Positions 6,751-14,568 of a stretch of DNA of 15,756 nucleotides are shown here, piece after piece. The stretch's first letter is position 1. Each line of letters starts with the position of its first letter. The position numbers and the translations under genes are program-made. The DNA is from a virus (Duplodnaviria > Heunggongvirae > Uroviricota > Caudoviricetes), in the IMG/VR virus record IMGVR_UViG_2778261543_000003, positions 1 to 15,756 of that record, one strand, 5' to 3'. The notes below the pieces were generated by a model. It searched no databases. It was not told where the DNA came from and worked only from the letters and a program-made list of their open reading frames with translations.

Positions 6751-6816
6751 ATAACTACGGTTATCCAAAGTAAAATAACAAAGGTTATTGCTATTTTTTA
6801 TAACTTGAGTTATCTT
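6751..6816 (+). promoter_or_regulatory. OR operator triplet with pR (and divergent pRM) region
   Basis: ATAACTACGGTTAT (6751-6764), ATAACAAAGGTTAT (6775-6788) and ATAACTTGAGTTAT (6800-6813) at 24-25 bp spacing; candidate pR -35 TTGCTA (6788-6793) and -10 TATCTT (6811-6816). Confidence 0.6.
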
Positions 6817-6849
6817 TGGTTATAAGTAATGACCACAAGAGGTATGCTC

Positions 6850-7074
6850 ATGAATTTAGTAATTCAACGAGCCTTGAAAATTGTCGGTAGCCAAAAGCGC
6901 CTTGCCGACAAGTGTGGTGTAACGCAGCCAGCAGTACACAAATGGCTGAAAGGCGGGTTGGTCTCTCCAGAGAAAGTTACCGCCATCGTTAACGCCACTG
7001 GAGGGCAGATCAAGGCTTACGAAATTCGCCCCGATTTGCCACACCTGTTTCCAAAACCGAATCAGGCAGCATAA
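6850..7074 (+). CDS. cro: Cro-like HTH regulator (YdaS-like)
   Basis: First rightward gene after OR; AAGAGG 7 nt upstream of the ATG at 6850; HTH SQKRLADKCGVTQPAVHKWLK; C-terminal YEIRPDLPHLFP. Confidence 0.65.
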   Translation: MNLVIQRALKIVGSQKRLADKCGVTQPAVHKWLKGGLVSPEKVTAIVNATGGQIKAYEIRPDLPHLFPKPNQAA

Positions 7075-7081
7075 GTAACAC

Positions 7082-7125
7082 CGCTCTTTAACAGTCATGG
7101 TCCTCATTCCCGCCGAAATGCGGGA
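7082..7125 (+). promoter_or_regulatory. nutR (boxA CGCTCTTTA plus boxB hairpin)
   Basis: CGCTCTTTAACA then TTCCCGC-cgaaau-GCGGGAA between cro and cII; inverted counterpart of nutL. Confidence 0.6.
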
Positions 7126-7183
7126 ATGCAACGCGCATAAGTTGATGCGCATAACTTCTTATTAGTTAAGGAAATACTTACAT

Positions 7184-7462
7184 ATGCAACTTACAAGTAC
7201 TCGCAAGAAAGCGAATGCAATTACAAGCAACATCCTGAATCGAATTGCTGTACGTGGTCAGCGAAAGGTTGCCGACGCGTTAGGGATTAATGAATCGCAA
7301 ATTTCGCGATGGAAAGACAGCTTCATCCCAAAAATGGGAATGCTTCTGGCTGTTCTTGAATGGGGTGTTGAAGACGAGGAGTTGGCGGAACTGGCTAAGA
7401 AAGTAGCCAGAATGCTGACAAAAGAAAAAGCCCCGAAGAACGGCGAATTCTTCGAGGCCTGA
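7184..7462 (+). CDS. cII: Transcriptional activator cII
   Basis: Strong resemblance to lambda cII as I recall it (ILNRIA, SQISRWK, IPKMGMLLAVLEWGV). Confidence 0.85.
   Translation: MQLTSTRKKANAITSNILNRIAVRGQRKVADALGINESQISRWKDSFIPKMGMLLAVLEWGVEDEELAELAKKVARMLTKEKAPKNGEFFEA
7418..7454 (-). terminator. Minus-strand intrinsic terminator inside the cII 3' end (candidate OOP-like antisense RNA terminator)
   Basis: 7-bp stem CGAAGAA/TTCTTCG (7434-7440 with 7448-7454) followed on the minus strand by GGGCUUUUUCUUUU. Confidence 0.45.
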
Positions 7463-7496
7463 TGTAGAAAGACTGGATCAATCCACAGGAGTAATT

Positions 7497-7658
7497 ATGA
7501 CAAAACGTCGTAAGAAATACCAGGAAAAAGAAGAGATTCGACACCCTGATTCACCTGAGGGATTAGTGGTAGCCGCAGCAAATAACAGGGCGTTCGCAGA
7601 GCGCCTTGTTGGTGTTTACAGACTAGCCAAAGCAGGAGTGAAACATGGGCGTCGTTAA
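7497..7658 (+). CDS. Small basic hypothetical protein (53 aa, MTKRRKKYQEKEEIRHPDSPEG...)
   Basis: AGGAG 5 nt upstream of ATG; its 3' end overlaps the O start by 14 nt; not in the ORF track. Confidence 0.35.
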   Translation: MTKRRKKYQEKEEIRHPDSPEGLVVAAANNRAFAERLVGVYRLAKAGVKHGRR

Positions 7659-8466
7659 GTTAGCTGATTACAGGCCTCAACTGGAGGTCGTGGAGCATCG
7701 CGTGGCAGATACCGAAGATGGTTTCATGCGCGTTGCTAACGAGATTACCGACAGTCTGCTGATGGCTGATTTAACCGTCCGGCAGTTGAAGGTGATGCTC
7801 GCTATCATGCGCAAGACATACGGATTCAATAAGCCGATGGATCGACTCACAAACACGCAGATAGCAGCCATGACAGGTATTCATCACACTCATGTTTGCG
7901 CTGCCAAGCGCCAGCTTATTGAGCGTAAATTCCTCATTGCTGATGGCGTGAAAATCGGAGTGAACAAGGTGGTTTCTCAGTGGATTAGCCAGGACAGCTT
8001 AACATTAGCTAAAACAGCTAATAAAACATTAGCCAAGTCGGCTAATGGGTATAAGCCAAGTCAGCTAAACACAAAAGACAATATACAAAAGACAATAAAT
8101 ACAAATACCCCCTTACCCCCTAACGGGGGCGGCGATGGGCAGGTTAAACCTGAACGTCGCAAGGCAGAACGAATCGACTACGAATCCTTCCTGAACGCCT
8201 ACAACACCGAAGTCGGTGACAGACTTCCGCATGCTGTTGCGGTCAACGAGAAACGCAAACGCCGCCTGAAGAAAATCATCCCGCAACTGAAAACGCCAAA
8301 CGTGGACGGTTTCAGAGCGTATGTCAGGGCGTTTGTGCATCAGGCCAAGCCGTTTTACTTCGGAGACAACGACACGGGCTGGACGGCCGATTTTGATTAC
8401 CTGCTGAGGGAAGATTCGTTAACGGGAGTACGGGAAGGGAAGTTTGCAGACAGGGGGATTGCATGA
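7645..8466 (+). CDS. O: Replication initiation protein O
   Basis: N-terminal domain resembles lambda O ([28 protein letters not shown]); AGGAG RBS; iteron-like repeats inside the linker; ATGA overlap with the downstream helicase. Confidence 0.8.
   Translation: MGVVKLADYRPQLEVVEHRVADTEDGFMRVANEITDSLLMADLTVRQLKVMLAIMRKTYGFNKPMDRLTNTQIAAMTGIHHTHVCAAKRQLIERKFLIADGVKIGVNKVVSQWISQDSLTLAKTANKTLAKSANGYKPSQLNTKDNIQKTINTNTPLPPNGGGDGQVKPERRKAERIDYESFLNAYNTEVGDRLPHAVAVNEKRKRRLKKIIPQLKTPNVDGFRAYVRAFVHQAKPFYFGDNDTGWTADFDYLLREDSLTGVREGKFADRGIA
7990..8105 (+). repeat. Candidate replication origin: iteron-like repeats plus AT-rich tract inside O
   Basis: AGCCAAGTCGGCTAA (8031-8045) and AGCCAAGTCAGCTAA (8054-8068), further AGCTAA motifs at about 10-bp phasing, then an A-rich tract with ACAAAAGACAATA repeated. 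Confidence 0.45.
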
Positions 8467-9839
8467 GACAGGATATCGAAGCGAGCGTTATCGGTGGCCT
8501 GCTGATTGGTGGATTAACACCAACCGCCAGCGACGTTCTGGCAACGCTGGAGCCGGAAGCGTTTTCAATTCCGCTCTACCGGAAAGCCTTCGAGGTTATC
8601 CGCAAGCAGGCGAGAAACAGAAACCTAATCGACGCGCTGATGGTTGCAGAGGCGTGCGGAGAGGAGCATTTCACGTCAATCCTGATGACCAGCAAGAACT
8701 GCCCGAGTGCCGCAAACCTGAAGGGATATGCTGGAATGGTCGCGGATAACTATCACCGCCGTCTGGTGCTGGAAATCATGGACGAAATGCGTGAACCAAT
8801 TCAGAGCGGAACCATCGACGCATCGAGTCAGGCGATGGACGAGCTGGTAAAGCGTCTTTCAGCCATCAGAAAGCCACGTGACGAGGTAAAACCTGTACGG
8901 TTAGGGGAAATCATCACCGACTACACTGACACGCTTGACAGGCGTCTGAGGAACGGAGAAGAGTCAGATACCCTGAAGACCGGAATCGAAGAACTTGACG
9001 CTATCACCGGAGGGATGAACGCTGAAGACCTGGTGATTATCGCCGCTCGTCCTGGTATGGGGAAAACCGAACTGGCGCTAAAGATTGCCGAAGGTGTTGC
9101 AAGCCGCGTTATTCCTGGTTCTGACGTCCGGCGCGGAGTATTGATTTTCTCGATGGAAATGAGCGCATTGCAGATTGCAGAGCGAAGCATTGCCAACGCC
9201 GGGAGGATGTCGGTTAGCGTACTGCGAAATCCTGCATCGATGGATGACGAGGGCTGGGCACGTGTTGCTAACGGCATGAGTCAGCTTGCAGATTTGGATG
9301 TATGGGTAGTCGATGCCTCGCGGTTATCGGTCGAAGAAATACGCTCAATCGCAGAACGGCACAAACAGGAAAATCCAAACCTGTCACTCATCATGGCGGA
9401 TTATCTTGGCCTGATTGAGAAGCCGAAAGCAGATCGCAACGACCTTGCAATTGCTCACATCTCCGGAAGCCTGAAGGCGATGGCGAAAGACCTGAAAACG
9501 CCTGTTATCTCCCTGAGTCAGCTTTCGCGCGATGTTGAGAAGCGACCAAACAAACGCCCGACAAACGCAGATTTGCGTGATTCAGGAAGCATTGAGCAGG
9601 ACGCAGACTCAATCATCATGCTCTATCGGGAAGCGGTATATGACGAGAACAGTAGCGCCGCGCCATTTGCTGAAATCATTGTGACAAAAAACCGTTTTGG
9701 CTCACTTGGTACGGTTTACCAGCGGTTCTGCAACGGACACTTTGTTGCATGTGACCAGGATGAAGCCAGACAGATTTGCACAGCATCAAATGCACCTGCT
9801 GCGCGTGGCAGACGATATGCACAAGGGGCTGACGTATGA
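8463..9839 (+). CDS. DnaB-family replicative DNA helicase
   Basis: DnaB-like N-terminal domain followed by a RecA-type ATPase core with Walker [10 protein letters not shown]; sits directly after O. Confidence 0.9.
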   Translation: MRQDIEASVIGGLLIGGLTPTASDVLATLEPEAFSIPLYRKAFEVIRKQARNRNLIDALMVAEACGEEHFTSILMTSKNCPSAANLKGYAGMVADNYHRRLVLEIMDEMREPIQSGTIDASSQAMDELVKRLSAIRKPRDEVKPVRLGEIITDYTDTLDRRLRNGEESDTLKTGIEELDAITGGMNAEDLVIIAARPGMGKTELALKIAEGVASRVIPGSDVRRGVLIFSMEMSALQIAERSIANAGRMSVSVLRNPASMDDEGWARVANGMSQLADLDVWVVDASRLSVEEIRSIAERHKQENPNLSLIMADYLGLIEKPKADRNDLAIAHISGSLKAMAKDLKTPVISLSQLSRDVEKRPNKRPTNADLRDSGSIEQDADSIIMLYREAVYDENSSAAPFAEIIVTKNRFGSLGTVYQRFCNGHFVACDQDEARQICTASNAPAARGRRYAQGADV

Positions 9840-9916
9840 CCATCTACATCACTGAGCTGATAGCAGGCCTGCTGGTAATCGCAGGCCTTTTTATTTGGGG
9901 GAGAGGGAAGTCATGA
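9836..9916 (+). CDS. Micro-ORF for a 26-aa hydrophobic peptide ([26 protein letters not shown])
   Basis: ATGA overlaps at both ends (with the helicase stop and the next gene start); could equally be chance. Confidence 0.25.
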   Translation: MTIYITELIAGLLVIAGLFIWGRGKS

Positions 9917-10095
9917 ATCTGGACGAGCAAGATGCACAAACTATTAGCTCATACATAAGGGCATCAAGACCAGATTACAAAGGTCCGGTATTCGTAGATT
10001 TATCTCGCCTTGAGGAGATTTACATGTGGGAAGCAAAGCTACGTACGCATCTTTTTATTCGTAAGATGACTAGCAACATTACAAAACCAATGTAA
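9913..10095 (+). CDS. Hypothetical protein (60 aa, start MNLDEQ)
   Basis: GGGGGAGAGGGAAG upstream of the internal ATG at 9913; nin-region position. Confidence 0.5.
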   Translation: MNLDEQDAQTISSYIRASRPDYKGPVFVDLSRLEEIYMWEAKLRTHLFIRKMTSNITKPM

Positions 10096-10109
10096 CTGGA
10101 GAGGTGAAT

Positions 10110-10325
10110 ATGAGCACACTCGCAGACCTTATTCATGCCGATATGGCGGAAGATGGAGCAAGGCGTAATAGGTACTGGAAATCATCAAGCCTTCCAGTTT
10201 GTGAAAGATTCAACCACAGGCCAAAACCAAAACGTAGCCGACGAGACAAAGTGTTGAAAAAACTCATGCAAATTAACATGGCTGGTTTTGTCAGATTCGT
10301 GAGTGAAACGACTAACGGGGATTGA
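10110..10325 (+). CDS. Hypothetical basic protein (71 aa)
   Basis: GGAGAGG RBS upstream; same-strand tight packing. Confidence 0.5.
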   Translation: MSTLADLIHADMAEDGARRNRYWKSSSLPVCERFNHRPKPKRSRRDKVLKKLMQINMAGFVRFVSETTNGD

Positions 10326-10326
10326 T

Positions 10327-10593
10327 ATGGACGAATCAAGAAAGCAGTTTGAAGAATGGTTTGAAAATTACACCGGATGTGATCCTAAAAATAAAATATA
10401 CGCCAATATGGTTGAGATGTATTGGCAAGCGTGGCAGGCATCGCGAGCAGCTATCGAGATTGAGTGTCCTGGAAAAAGAGAGCGTGAGGCATTTTCTACC
10501 GATTTCGAGGATGGGGTCACATTTGGTTATAACGACGCAATTAGTGAATGCGAAGGACGGATTCGCGCTGCTGGAGTCAAAGTGAAGGAGTGA
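10327..10593 (+). CDS. Hypothetical protein (88 aa, start MDESRKQFEEW)
   Basis: Start 1 nt after the previous stop; the alternative frame 10322-10585 looks less protein-like. Confidence 0.5.
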   Translation: MDESRKQFEEWFENYTGCDPKNKIYANMVEMYWQAWQASRAAIEIECPGKREREAFSTDFEDGVTFGYNDAISECEGRIRAAGVKVKE

Positions 10594-10595
10594 CG

Positions 10596-11006
10596 ATGAA
10601 GCAAACAATCTTCCTCCGAACTAAGCAACAACAGCAAGCCGCAATCAACGCCATCCTCGCAACACCACTCGATAAAGACAAGCCAGTCACCATCCGCATT
10701 ACTGACTACAAGCGCAACCTTGACCAGAACGCAAAATTTCACGCGATGGTCGCAGATATCGCTAGGCAAGTTCAGTGGCGCGATAAATGGTTAAAACCAG
10801 AACAATGGAAGGTTTTGTTGATCAGCGGTCATGCAGTGGCAACAAAGCAGGAAGCTGATGTTTTGCCCGGGCTTGAAGGCGAATACGTCAACATTCGCGA
10901 AAGCAGCGCGCAGATGAGTGTGAAGCGTATGGCAAGCCTGATTGAGTACACAACAGCCTGGGCTATTGGTCAGGGTGTCAGATTTACTGACAGGAGGTAT
11001 GAATGA
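10596..11006 (+). CDS. ninB: NinB-family recombination protein (Orf-like)
   Basis: AAGGAG RBS upstream of MKQTIF; pattern LDQN.K ... W..KW...E.WK resembles lambda NinB as recalled; followed by NinE/F/G. Confidence 0.75.
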   Translation: MKQTIFLRTKQQQQAAINAILATPLDKDKPVTIRITDYKRNLDQNAKFHAMVADIARQVQWRDKWLKPEQWKVLLISGHAVATKQEADVLPGLEGEYVNIRESSAQMSVKRMASLIEYTTAWAIGQGVRFTDRRYE

Positions 11007-11185
11007 GACGACAGCGACGAAGTTTCACCGACATAATCTGCGAAAACTGCAAATACCTTCCAACGAAACGCTCCAGAAATAAACCCAAGCCAATCCCAAA
11101 AGAATCTGACGTAAAAACCTTCAATTACACGGCTCACCTGTGGGATATCCGGTGGCTAAGACATCGTGCGAGGAAAACAAGGTGA
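11003..11185 (+). CDS. ninE: NinE
   Basis: 60-aa protein [23 protein letters not shown]... matching my recollection of lambda NinE; ATGA overlap with the ninB stop. Confidence 0.65.
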   Translation: MRRQRRSFTDIICENCKYLPTKRSRNKPKPIPKESDVKTFNYTAHLWDIRWLRHRARKTR

Positions 11186-11352
11186 TTGACCAAAATCGAA
11201 GTTACGAACAAGAAAGTGTCGAGCGAGCTTTAACGTGCGCTAACTGCGGTCAGAAGCTGCATGTGCTGGAAGTTCACGTGTGTGAGCACTGCTGTGCAGA
11301 ATTGATGAGCGATCCGAATAGCTCAATGCACGAGGAAGAAGACGATGGCTAA
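11182..11352 (+). CDS. ninF: NinF (GTG start)
   Basis: [37 protein letters not shown] matches lambda NinF as recalled; GTGA overlap with the ninE stop. Confidence 0.6.
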   Translation: MIDQNRSYEQESVERALTCANCGQKLHVLEVHVCEHCCAELMSDPNSSMHEEEDDG

Positions 11353-11950
11353 ACCAGCTCGAAGGAAATGCAAAATATGCAAGGAATGGTTTCACCCGGC
11401 ATTCTCAAATCAGTGGTGGTGCTGCCCGGAACACGGAACTCAATTAGCACTCGAACGACGAAGCAAAGAACGCGAAAAAGCGGAAAAAGCAGCAGAGAAG
11501 AAACGACGACGAGAGGAGCAGAAACAGAAAGATAAACTGAAGATTCGAAAACTCGCCTTAAAGCCCCGCAGTTACTGGATTAAACAAGCCCAACAAGCCG
11601 TAAACGCCTTCATCAGAGAAAGAGACCGCGACTTACCATGTATCTCGTGCGGAACGCTCACGTCTGCTCAGTGGGATGCCGGACATTACCGGACAACTGC
11701 TGCGGCACCTCAACTCCGGTTTGATGAGCGCAATATTCACAAGCAATGCGTGGTATGCAACCAGTACAAAAGCGGAAACCTCGTTCCGTATCGTGTCGAA
11801 CTGATTAATCGCATCGGGCAGGAAGCAGTAGAGGAAATCGAATCAAACCATAGCCGCCATCGCTGGACTGTCGAAGAGTGCAAGGCGATCAAGGCAGAGT
11901 ACCAACAGAAACTCAAAGACCTGCGAAACAGCAGAAGTGAGGCCGCATGA
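11345..11950 (+). CDS. ninG: NinG (Rap) recombination protein
   Basis: Near-identity over long stretches to lambda NinG as recalled ([43 protein letters not shown]). Confidence 0.8.
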   Translation: MAKPARRKCKICKEWFHPAFSNQWWCCPEHGTQLALERRSKEREKAEKAAEKKRRREEQKQKDKLKIRKLALKPRSYWIKQAQQAVNAFIRERDRDLPCISCGTLTSAQWDAGHYRTTAAAPQLRFDERNIHKQCVVCNQYKSGNLVPYRVELINRIGQEAVEEIESNHSRHRWTVEECKAIKAEYQQKLKDLRNSRSEAA

Positions 11951-11997
11951 CGTTCTCAGTAAAAACCATTCCAGATCACAAGGGAGAAGCCGCATGA
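11947..11997 (+). pseudogene. ninH: ninH remnant (16 codons, [16 protein letters not shown]) bridging ninG and Q
   Basis: First 10 residues match the lambda NinH start as recalled, then the frame ends after 6 more codons; ATGA overlaps with both ninG and Q. Confidence 0.4.
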
Positions 11998-12512
11998 GCA
12001 TAAGAGAACTAAACCTCACCAAAGAACAGCATGAGTGGCTGAATGGCTGGCTTGAACTGTGGGGCGCATGGGTTTATTCAGGTCGTCTGGAAAAGCGCAT
12101 GAGCAGCGTAATAGCGAAGTTCATGGAGAGCGTAGAGCCGGGAAGAGTTATGACAAGGCCAATGTGCAATGATGATGATGGAATGTTGATTTCTCAGGTC
12201 GTCGATTCCGTCATGTGCATTGACAAGAAAGCCTTTGGCATCCTCCTCAGCTACTACGCTCATGGTTCATCTAAGCGAGCAATTGCATCCTACTATCACG
12301 CGACTGCAAAGCCACGCAAGATGTGTGGACGTGGTGGCGAGGGATGGAGAAAACCTTCACTGGCAACCTGTAGAAACGAAATTGACGACATCCTGAAAGC
12401 GTCGTTATTTGTTTTGTACCAGCCAATGCAAAATGCTTTCAAAATGCGCAAACGTGTTGAGAAAGTTAAGCATGTTGCTGTTAAAAGCCTTGACATGCAA
12501 TTATCCATTTAG
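11994..12512 (+). CDS. Q: Late-gene antiterminator Q-like protein (non-lambda Q type)
   Basis: Occupies the Q position immediately after the nin genes and before the pR'-like promoter, tRNAs and lysis genes; contains Cys/His-rich segments; family assignment from memory only. Confidence 0.6.
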   Translation: MSIRELNLTKEQHEWLNGWLELWGAWVYSGRLEKRMSSVIAKFMESVEPGRVMTRPMCNDDDGMLISQVVDSVMCIDKKAFGILLSYYAHGSSKRAIASYYHATAKPRKMCGRGGEGWRKPSLATCRNEIDDILKASLFVLYQPMQNAFKMRKRVEKVKHVAVKSLDMQLSI

Positions 12513-12519
12513 CCATAAT
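12490..12519 (+). promoter_or_regulatory. Candidate late promoter pR' (overlapping the Q 3' end)
   Basis: Perfect -35 TTGACA (12490-12495), 18-nt spacer, -10 CATAAT (12514-12519). Confidence 0.45.
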
Positions 12520-12533
12520 TAGAAGGTAAGCTG

Positions 12534-12571
12534 CCGTTAGTGACTCTTAAGTTGCAACGGTGGCTTTTTTT
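12534..12571 (+). terminator. Possible tR'-like terminator (non-canonical)
   Basis: CCGTT ... AACGG stem with a large 17-nt loop followed by a run of 7 T; structure is weak. Confidence 0.3.
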
Positions 12572-12575
12572 ATTT

Positions 12576-12650
12576 GGGTCAGTCGTATAAAGGTCATTAC
12601 GGAAGGCTGTTAACCTTCTTATCGTGGTTCGAGTCAACGCTGTCCCGCCA
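12576..12650 (+). tRNA. tRNA-Asn-like (anticodon GUU), possibly degenerate
   Basis: Cloverleaf foldable by hand: anticodon arm GAAGG-CTGTTAA-CCTTC, T-loop TTCGAGT, 3' CCA; but one acceptor mismatch, one T-stem mismatch and an odd D-arm. Confidence 0.4.
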
Positions 12651-12655
12651 AATAT

Positions 12656-12731
12656 GCTGGTTTAGCTCCAATGGTAGAGCAGTCGCCTTGTAAGCGAATG
12701 GGTAGCGGTTCAAGTCCGTTAACCAGCACCA
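12656..12731 (+). tRNA. tRNA-Thr (anticodon UGU)
   Basis: 76 nt; perfect 7-bp acceptor stem GCTGGTT/AACCAGC, D-stem GCTC/GAGC with GG in loop, anticodon loop CTTGTAA, T-loop TTCAAGT, 3' ACCA. Confidence 0.75.
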
Positions 12732-12974
12732 TAACTGAGCCGTAGCCACTGGCTATCCTGAATTCATCAGTGATAGTTATGCTGCGGCCTTCTGCACATG
12801 ACCTTCGTGAAAGCGGGTGGCAAGAGGCTGCGCTAACAACCTCCTGCCGTTTTGCCCGTGCATATCGGTCACGAACAAATCTGATTACTAAACACAGTAT
12901 CCTGGATTTGTTCTATCAGTAATCGACTTTATTCCTAACTAAATAGAGCAAATCCCCTTATTTGGGGGTAAGAC

Positions 12975-13298
12975 ATGAAGATGCCAGAAAAACATGACCT
13001 GTTAGCCGCCATTCTCGCGGCAAAGGAACAAGGCATCGGGGCAATCCTTGCGTTTGCAATGGCGTACCTTCGCGGCAGATATAATGGCGGTGCGTTTACA
13101 AAAACAGTAATCGACGCAACGATGTGCGCCATTATCGCCTGGTTCATTCGTGACCTTCTCGACTTCGCCGGACTAAGTAGCAATCTCGCTTATATAACGA
13201 GCGTGTTCATCGGCTACATCGGTACTGACTCGATTGGTTCGCTTATCAAACGCTTCGCTGCTAAAAAAGCCGGAGTAGAAGATGGTGGAAATCAATAA
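12975..13298 (+). CDS. S: Holin (lambda S type, dual-start MKM)
   Basis: Essentially the lambda S sequence as recalled ([39 protein letters not shown]...). Confidence 0.9.
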   Translation: MKMPEKHDLLAAILAAKEQGIGAILAFAMAYLRGRYNGGAFTKTVIDATMCAIIAWFIRDLLDFAGLSSNLAYITSVFIGYIGTDSIGSLIKRFAAKKAGVEDGGNQ

Positions 13299-13758
13299 TC
13301 AACGTAAGGCGTTCCTCGATATGCTGGCGTGGTCAGAGGGAACTGATAACGGACGACAGAAAACCAGAAATCATGGTTATGACGTCATTGTTGGCGGAGA
13401 GCTATTCACTGATTACTCCGATCACCCTCGCAAACTTGTCACGCTAAACCCCAAACTCAAATCAACAGCCGCCGGACGTTACCAGCTTCTTTCCCGTTGG
13501 TGGGATGCCTATCGTAAGCAGCTTGGCCTGAAAGATTTCTCTCCGAAAAGCCAGGACGCTGTGGCATTGCAGCAGATTAAAGAGCGTGGTGCTTTACCGA
13601 TGATTGATCGCGGTGATATCCGTCAGGCAATCGACCGCTGCAGCAATATCTGGGCTTCACTGCCGGGTGCTGGTTATGGCCAGTTCGAGCATAAGGCTGA
13701 CAGCCTGATTGCAAAATTCAAAGAGGCTGGCGGAGCGGTCAGAGAGATTGAGGTATGA
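13282..13758 (+). CDS. R: Endolysin (lambda R-type lytic transglycosylase)
   Basis: Matches lambda R as recalled ([39 protein letters not shown]). Confidence 0.9.
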   Translation: MVEINNQRKAFLDMLAWSEGTDNGRQKTRNHGYDVIVGGELFTDYSDHPRKLVTLNPKLKSTAAGRYQLLSRWWDAYRKQLGLKDFSPKSQDAVALQQIKERGALPMIDRGDIRQAIDRCSNIWASLPGAGYGQFEHKADSLIAKFKEAGGAVREIEV

Positions 13759-14222
13759 GCAGAGTAACCGCGATTATCTCCGCTCTGGTTATCTGCATCA
13801 TCGTCTGTCTGTCATGGGCTGTTAATCATTACCGTGATAACGCCATCGCCTACAAAGAGCAGCGCGATAACAAAGCCAGTGAACTGGAGAAGGCGAACGC
13901 GATCATTACTGACATGCATCAGCGTCAGCGTGATGTTGCTGCGCTCGATGCTAAATACACGAAGGAGTTAGCTGATGCGAAAGCTGAAAATGATGCTCTT
14001 CGGCGCAAGCTTGATAATGGTGGCAGGGTGCTCGTCAAAGGAAAATGCCCTGTGCCATCCTCAGCCGAAGCCTCCAGCGCCTCCGGCATGGGCAATGATG
14101 CCACCGTCGAACTCTCTCCAGTTGCTGGACGAAACGTTCTCGGTATCCGGGGCGGAATTATCCGCGACCAAACAGCACTGAGAACGCTTCAGGGATACAT
14201 AAGGACGCAATGCCTTCGATGA
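13755..14222 (+). CDS. Rz: Rz (inner-membrane spanin)
   Basis: N-terminal half matches lambda Rz as recalled ([31 protein letters not shown]...); C-terminal half diverges. Confidence 0.85.
   Translation: MSRVTAIISALVICIIVCLSWAVNHYRDNAIAYKEQRDNKASELEKANAIITDMHQRQRDVAALDAKYTKELADAKAENDALRRKLDNGGRVLVKGKCPVPSSAEASSASGMGNDATVELSPVAGRNVLGIRGGIIRDQTALRTLQGYIRTQCLR
13975..14181 (+). CDS. Rz1: Rz1 (outer-membrane lipoprotein spanin) embedded in Rz in the +1 frame
   Basis: Signal peptide ending in a lipobox-like VAGCSS followed by a Pro-rich segment ([11 protein letters not shown]), as in lambda Rz1. Confidence 0.7.
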   Translation: MRKLKMMLFGASLIMVAGCSSKENALCHPQPKPPAPPAWAMMPPSNSLQLLDETFSVSGAELSATKQH

Positions 14223-14362
14223 TAGCGATAATTTTACTCATCATCCTTCACATCTGGCTCTGTAGACAGGGTGGTGATCACTTCTGGAGTGAATCCAGAT
14301 TAAACATCTCATTGCTGATGCTTGATATTGAGCATCTGGCGCGCGGTAAGGGGCTGCGTTGA
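14210..14362 (+). CDS. Small hydrophobic ORF (50 aa, [22 protein letters not shown]...) overlapping the Rz stop
   Basis: AAGGA 5 nt upstream of ATG; hydrophobic N-terminus; not in the ORF track. Confidence 0.3.
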   Translation: MPSMIAIILLIILHIWLCRQGGDHFWSESRLNISLLMLDIEHLARGKGLR

Positions 14363-14396
14363 GATAAGAGCCAGTCATCACAAACACCAGGATTTA

Positions 14397-14420
14397 GCCT
14401 CGCATTTGCGGGGCTTTTTT
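14397..14420 (+). terminator. Intrinsic terminator downstream of the lysis cassette
   Basis: GCCTCGC-attt-GCGGGGC stem (with one G-U pair) followed by TTTTTT. Confidence 0.6.
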
Positions 14421-14568
14421 ACATCTGCAGTAAACCGCGCATCGCAGCGCGTAACAATCCCGAGTCTTTCAGAAAGCTGAGCCTGAGAACTGCCGTATAT
14501 GGTGGCGACCATCTCGGGGACGGCTTTTCTGTGCGAACAGGCTCATCTTTCTAAAAGGTAAAGACGCA

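Noticed and set aside
6739-6768. Longer N-terminal form of cI starting at MDNRSYRFVG (track ORF 6031-6768)
   Set aside because: The extension would be encoded across the operator palindrome at 6751-6764; the MKTF start at 6738 gives a typical repressor N-terminus.
7133-7150. GCGCAT-aagttg-ATGCGC hairpin between nutR and cII as a possible tR1
   Set aside because: No U-run follows; lambda tR1 is Rho-dependent and such terminators cannot be called reliably from sequence alone.
6856-7152. 98-aa minus-strand ORF antisense to cro and nutR
   Set aside because: Overlaps the well-supported cro and nutR; no RBS; composition consistent with a shadow ORF.
8444-8749. 101-aa plus-strand ORF overlapping the helicase start in another frame
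   Set aside because: Arg/Gly-rich low-complexity translation typical of an off-frame read of a GC-rich gene; the helicase frame has clear domain motifs.
8921-9277. 118-aa minus-strand ORF inside the helicase gene
   Set aside because: Antisense to a confidently called gene; no start context.
10133-10769. Three minus-strand ORFs (68-90 aa) and alternative plus frame 10322-10585 in the nin region
   Set aside because: All overlap the co-directional, tightly coupled plus-strand gene series; no independent start signals.
12078-12508. Two minus-strand ORFs (61 and 70 aa) antisense to Q
   Set aside because: Both lie wholly inside the Q-like coding region with no RBS; treated as shadows.
12935-13183. 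82-aa minus-strand ORF antisense to holin S
   Set aside because: Holin identity on the plus strand is unambiguous; the antisense ORF is a shadow.
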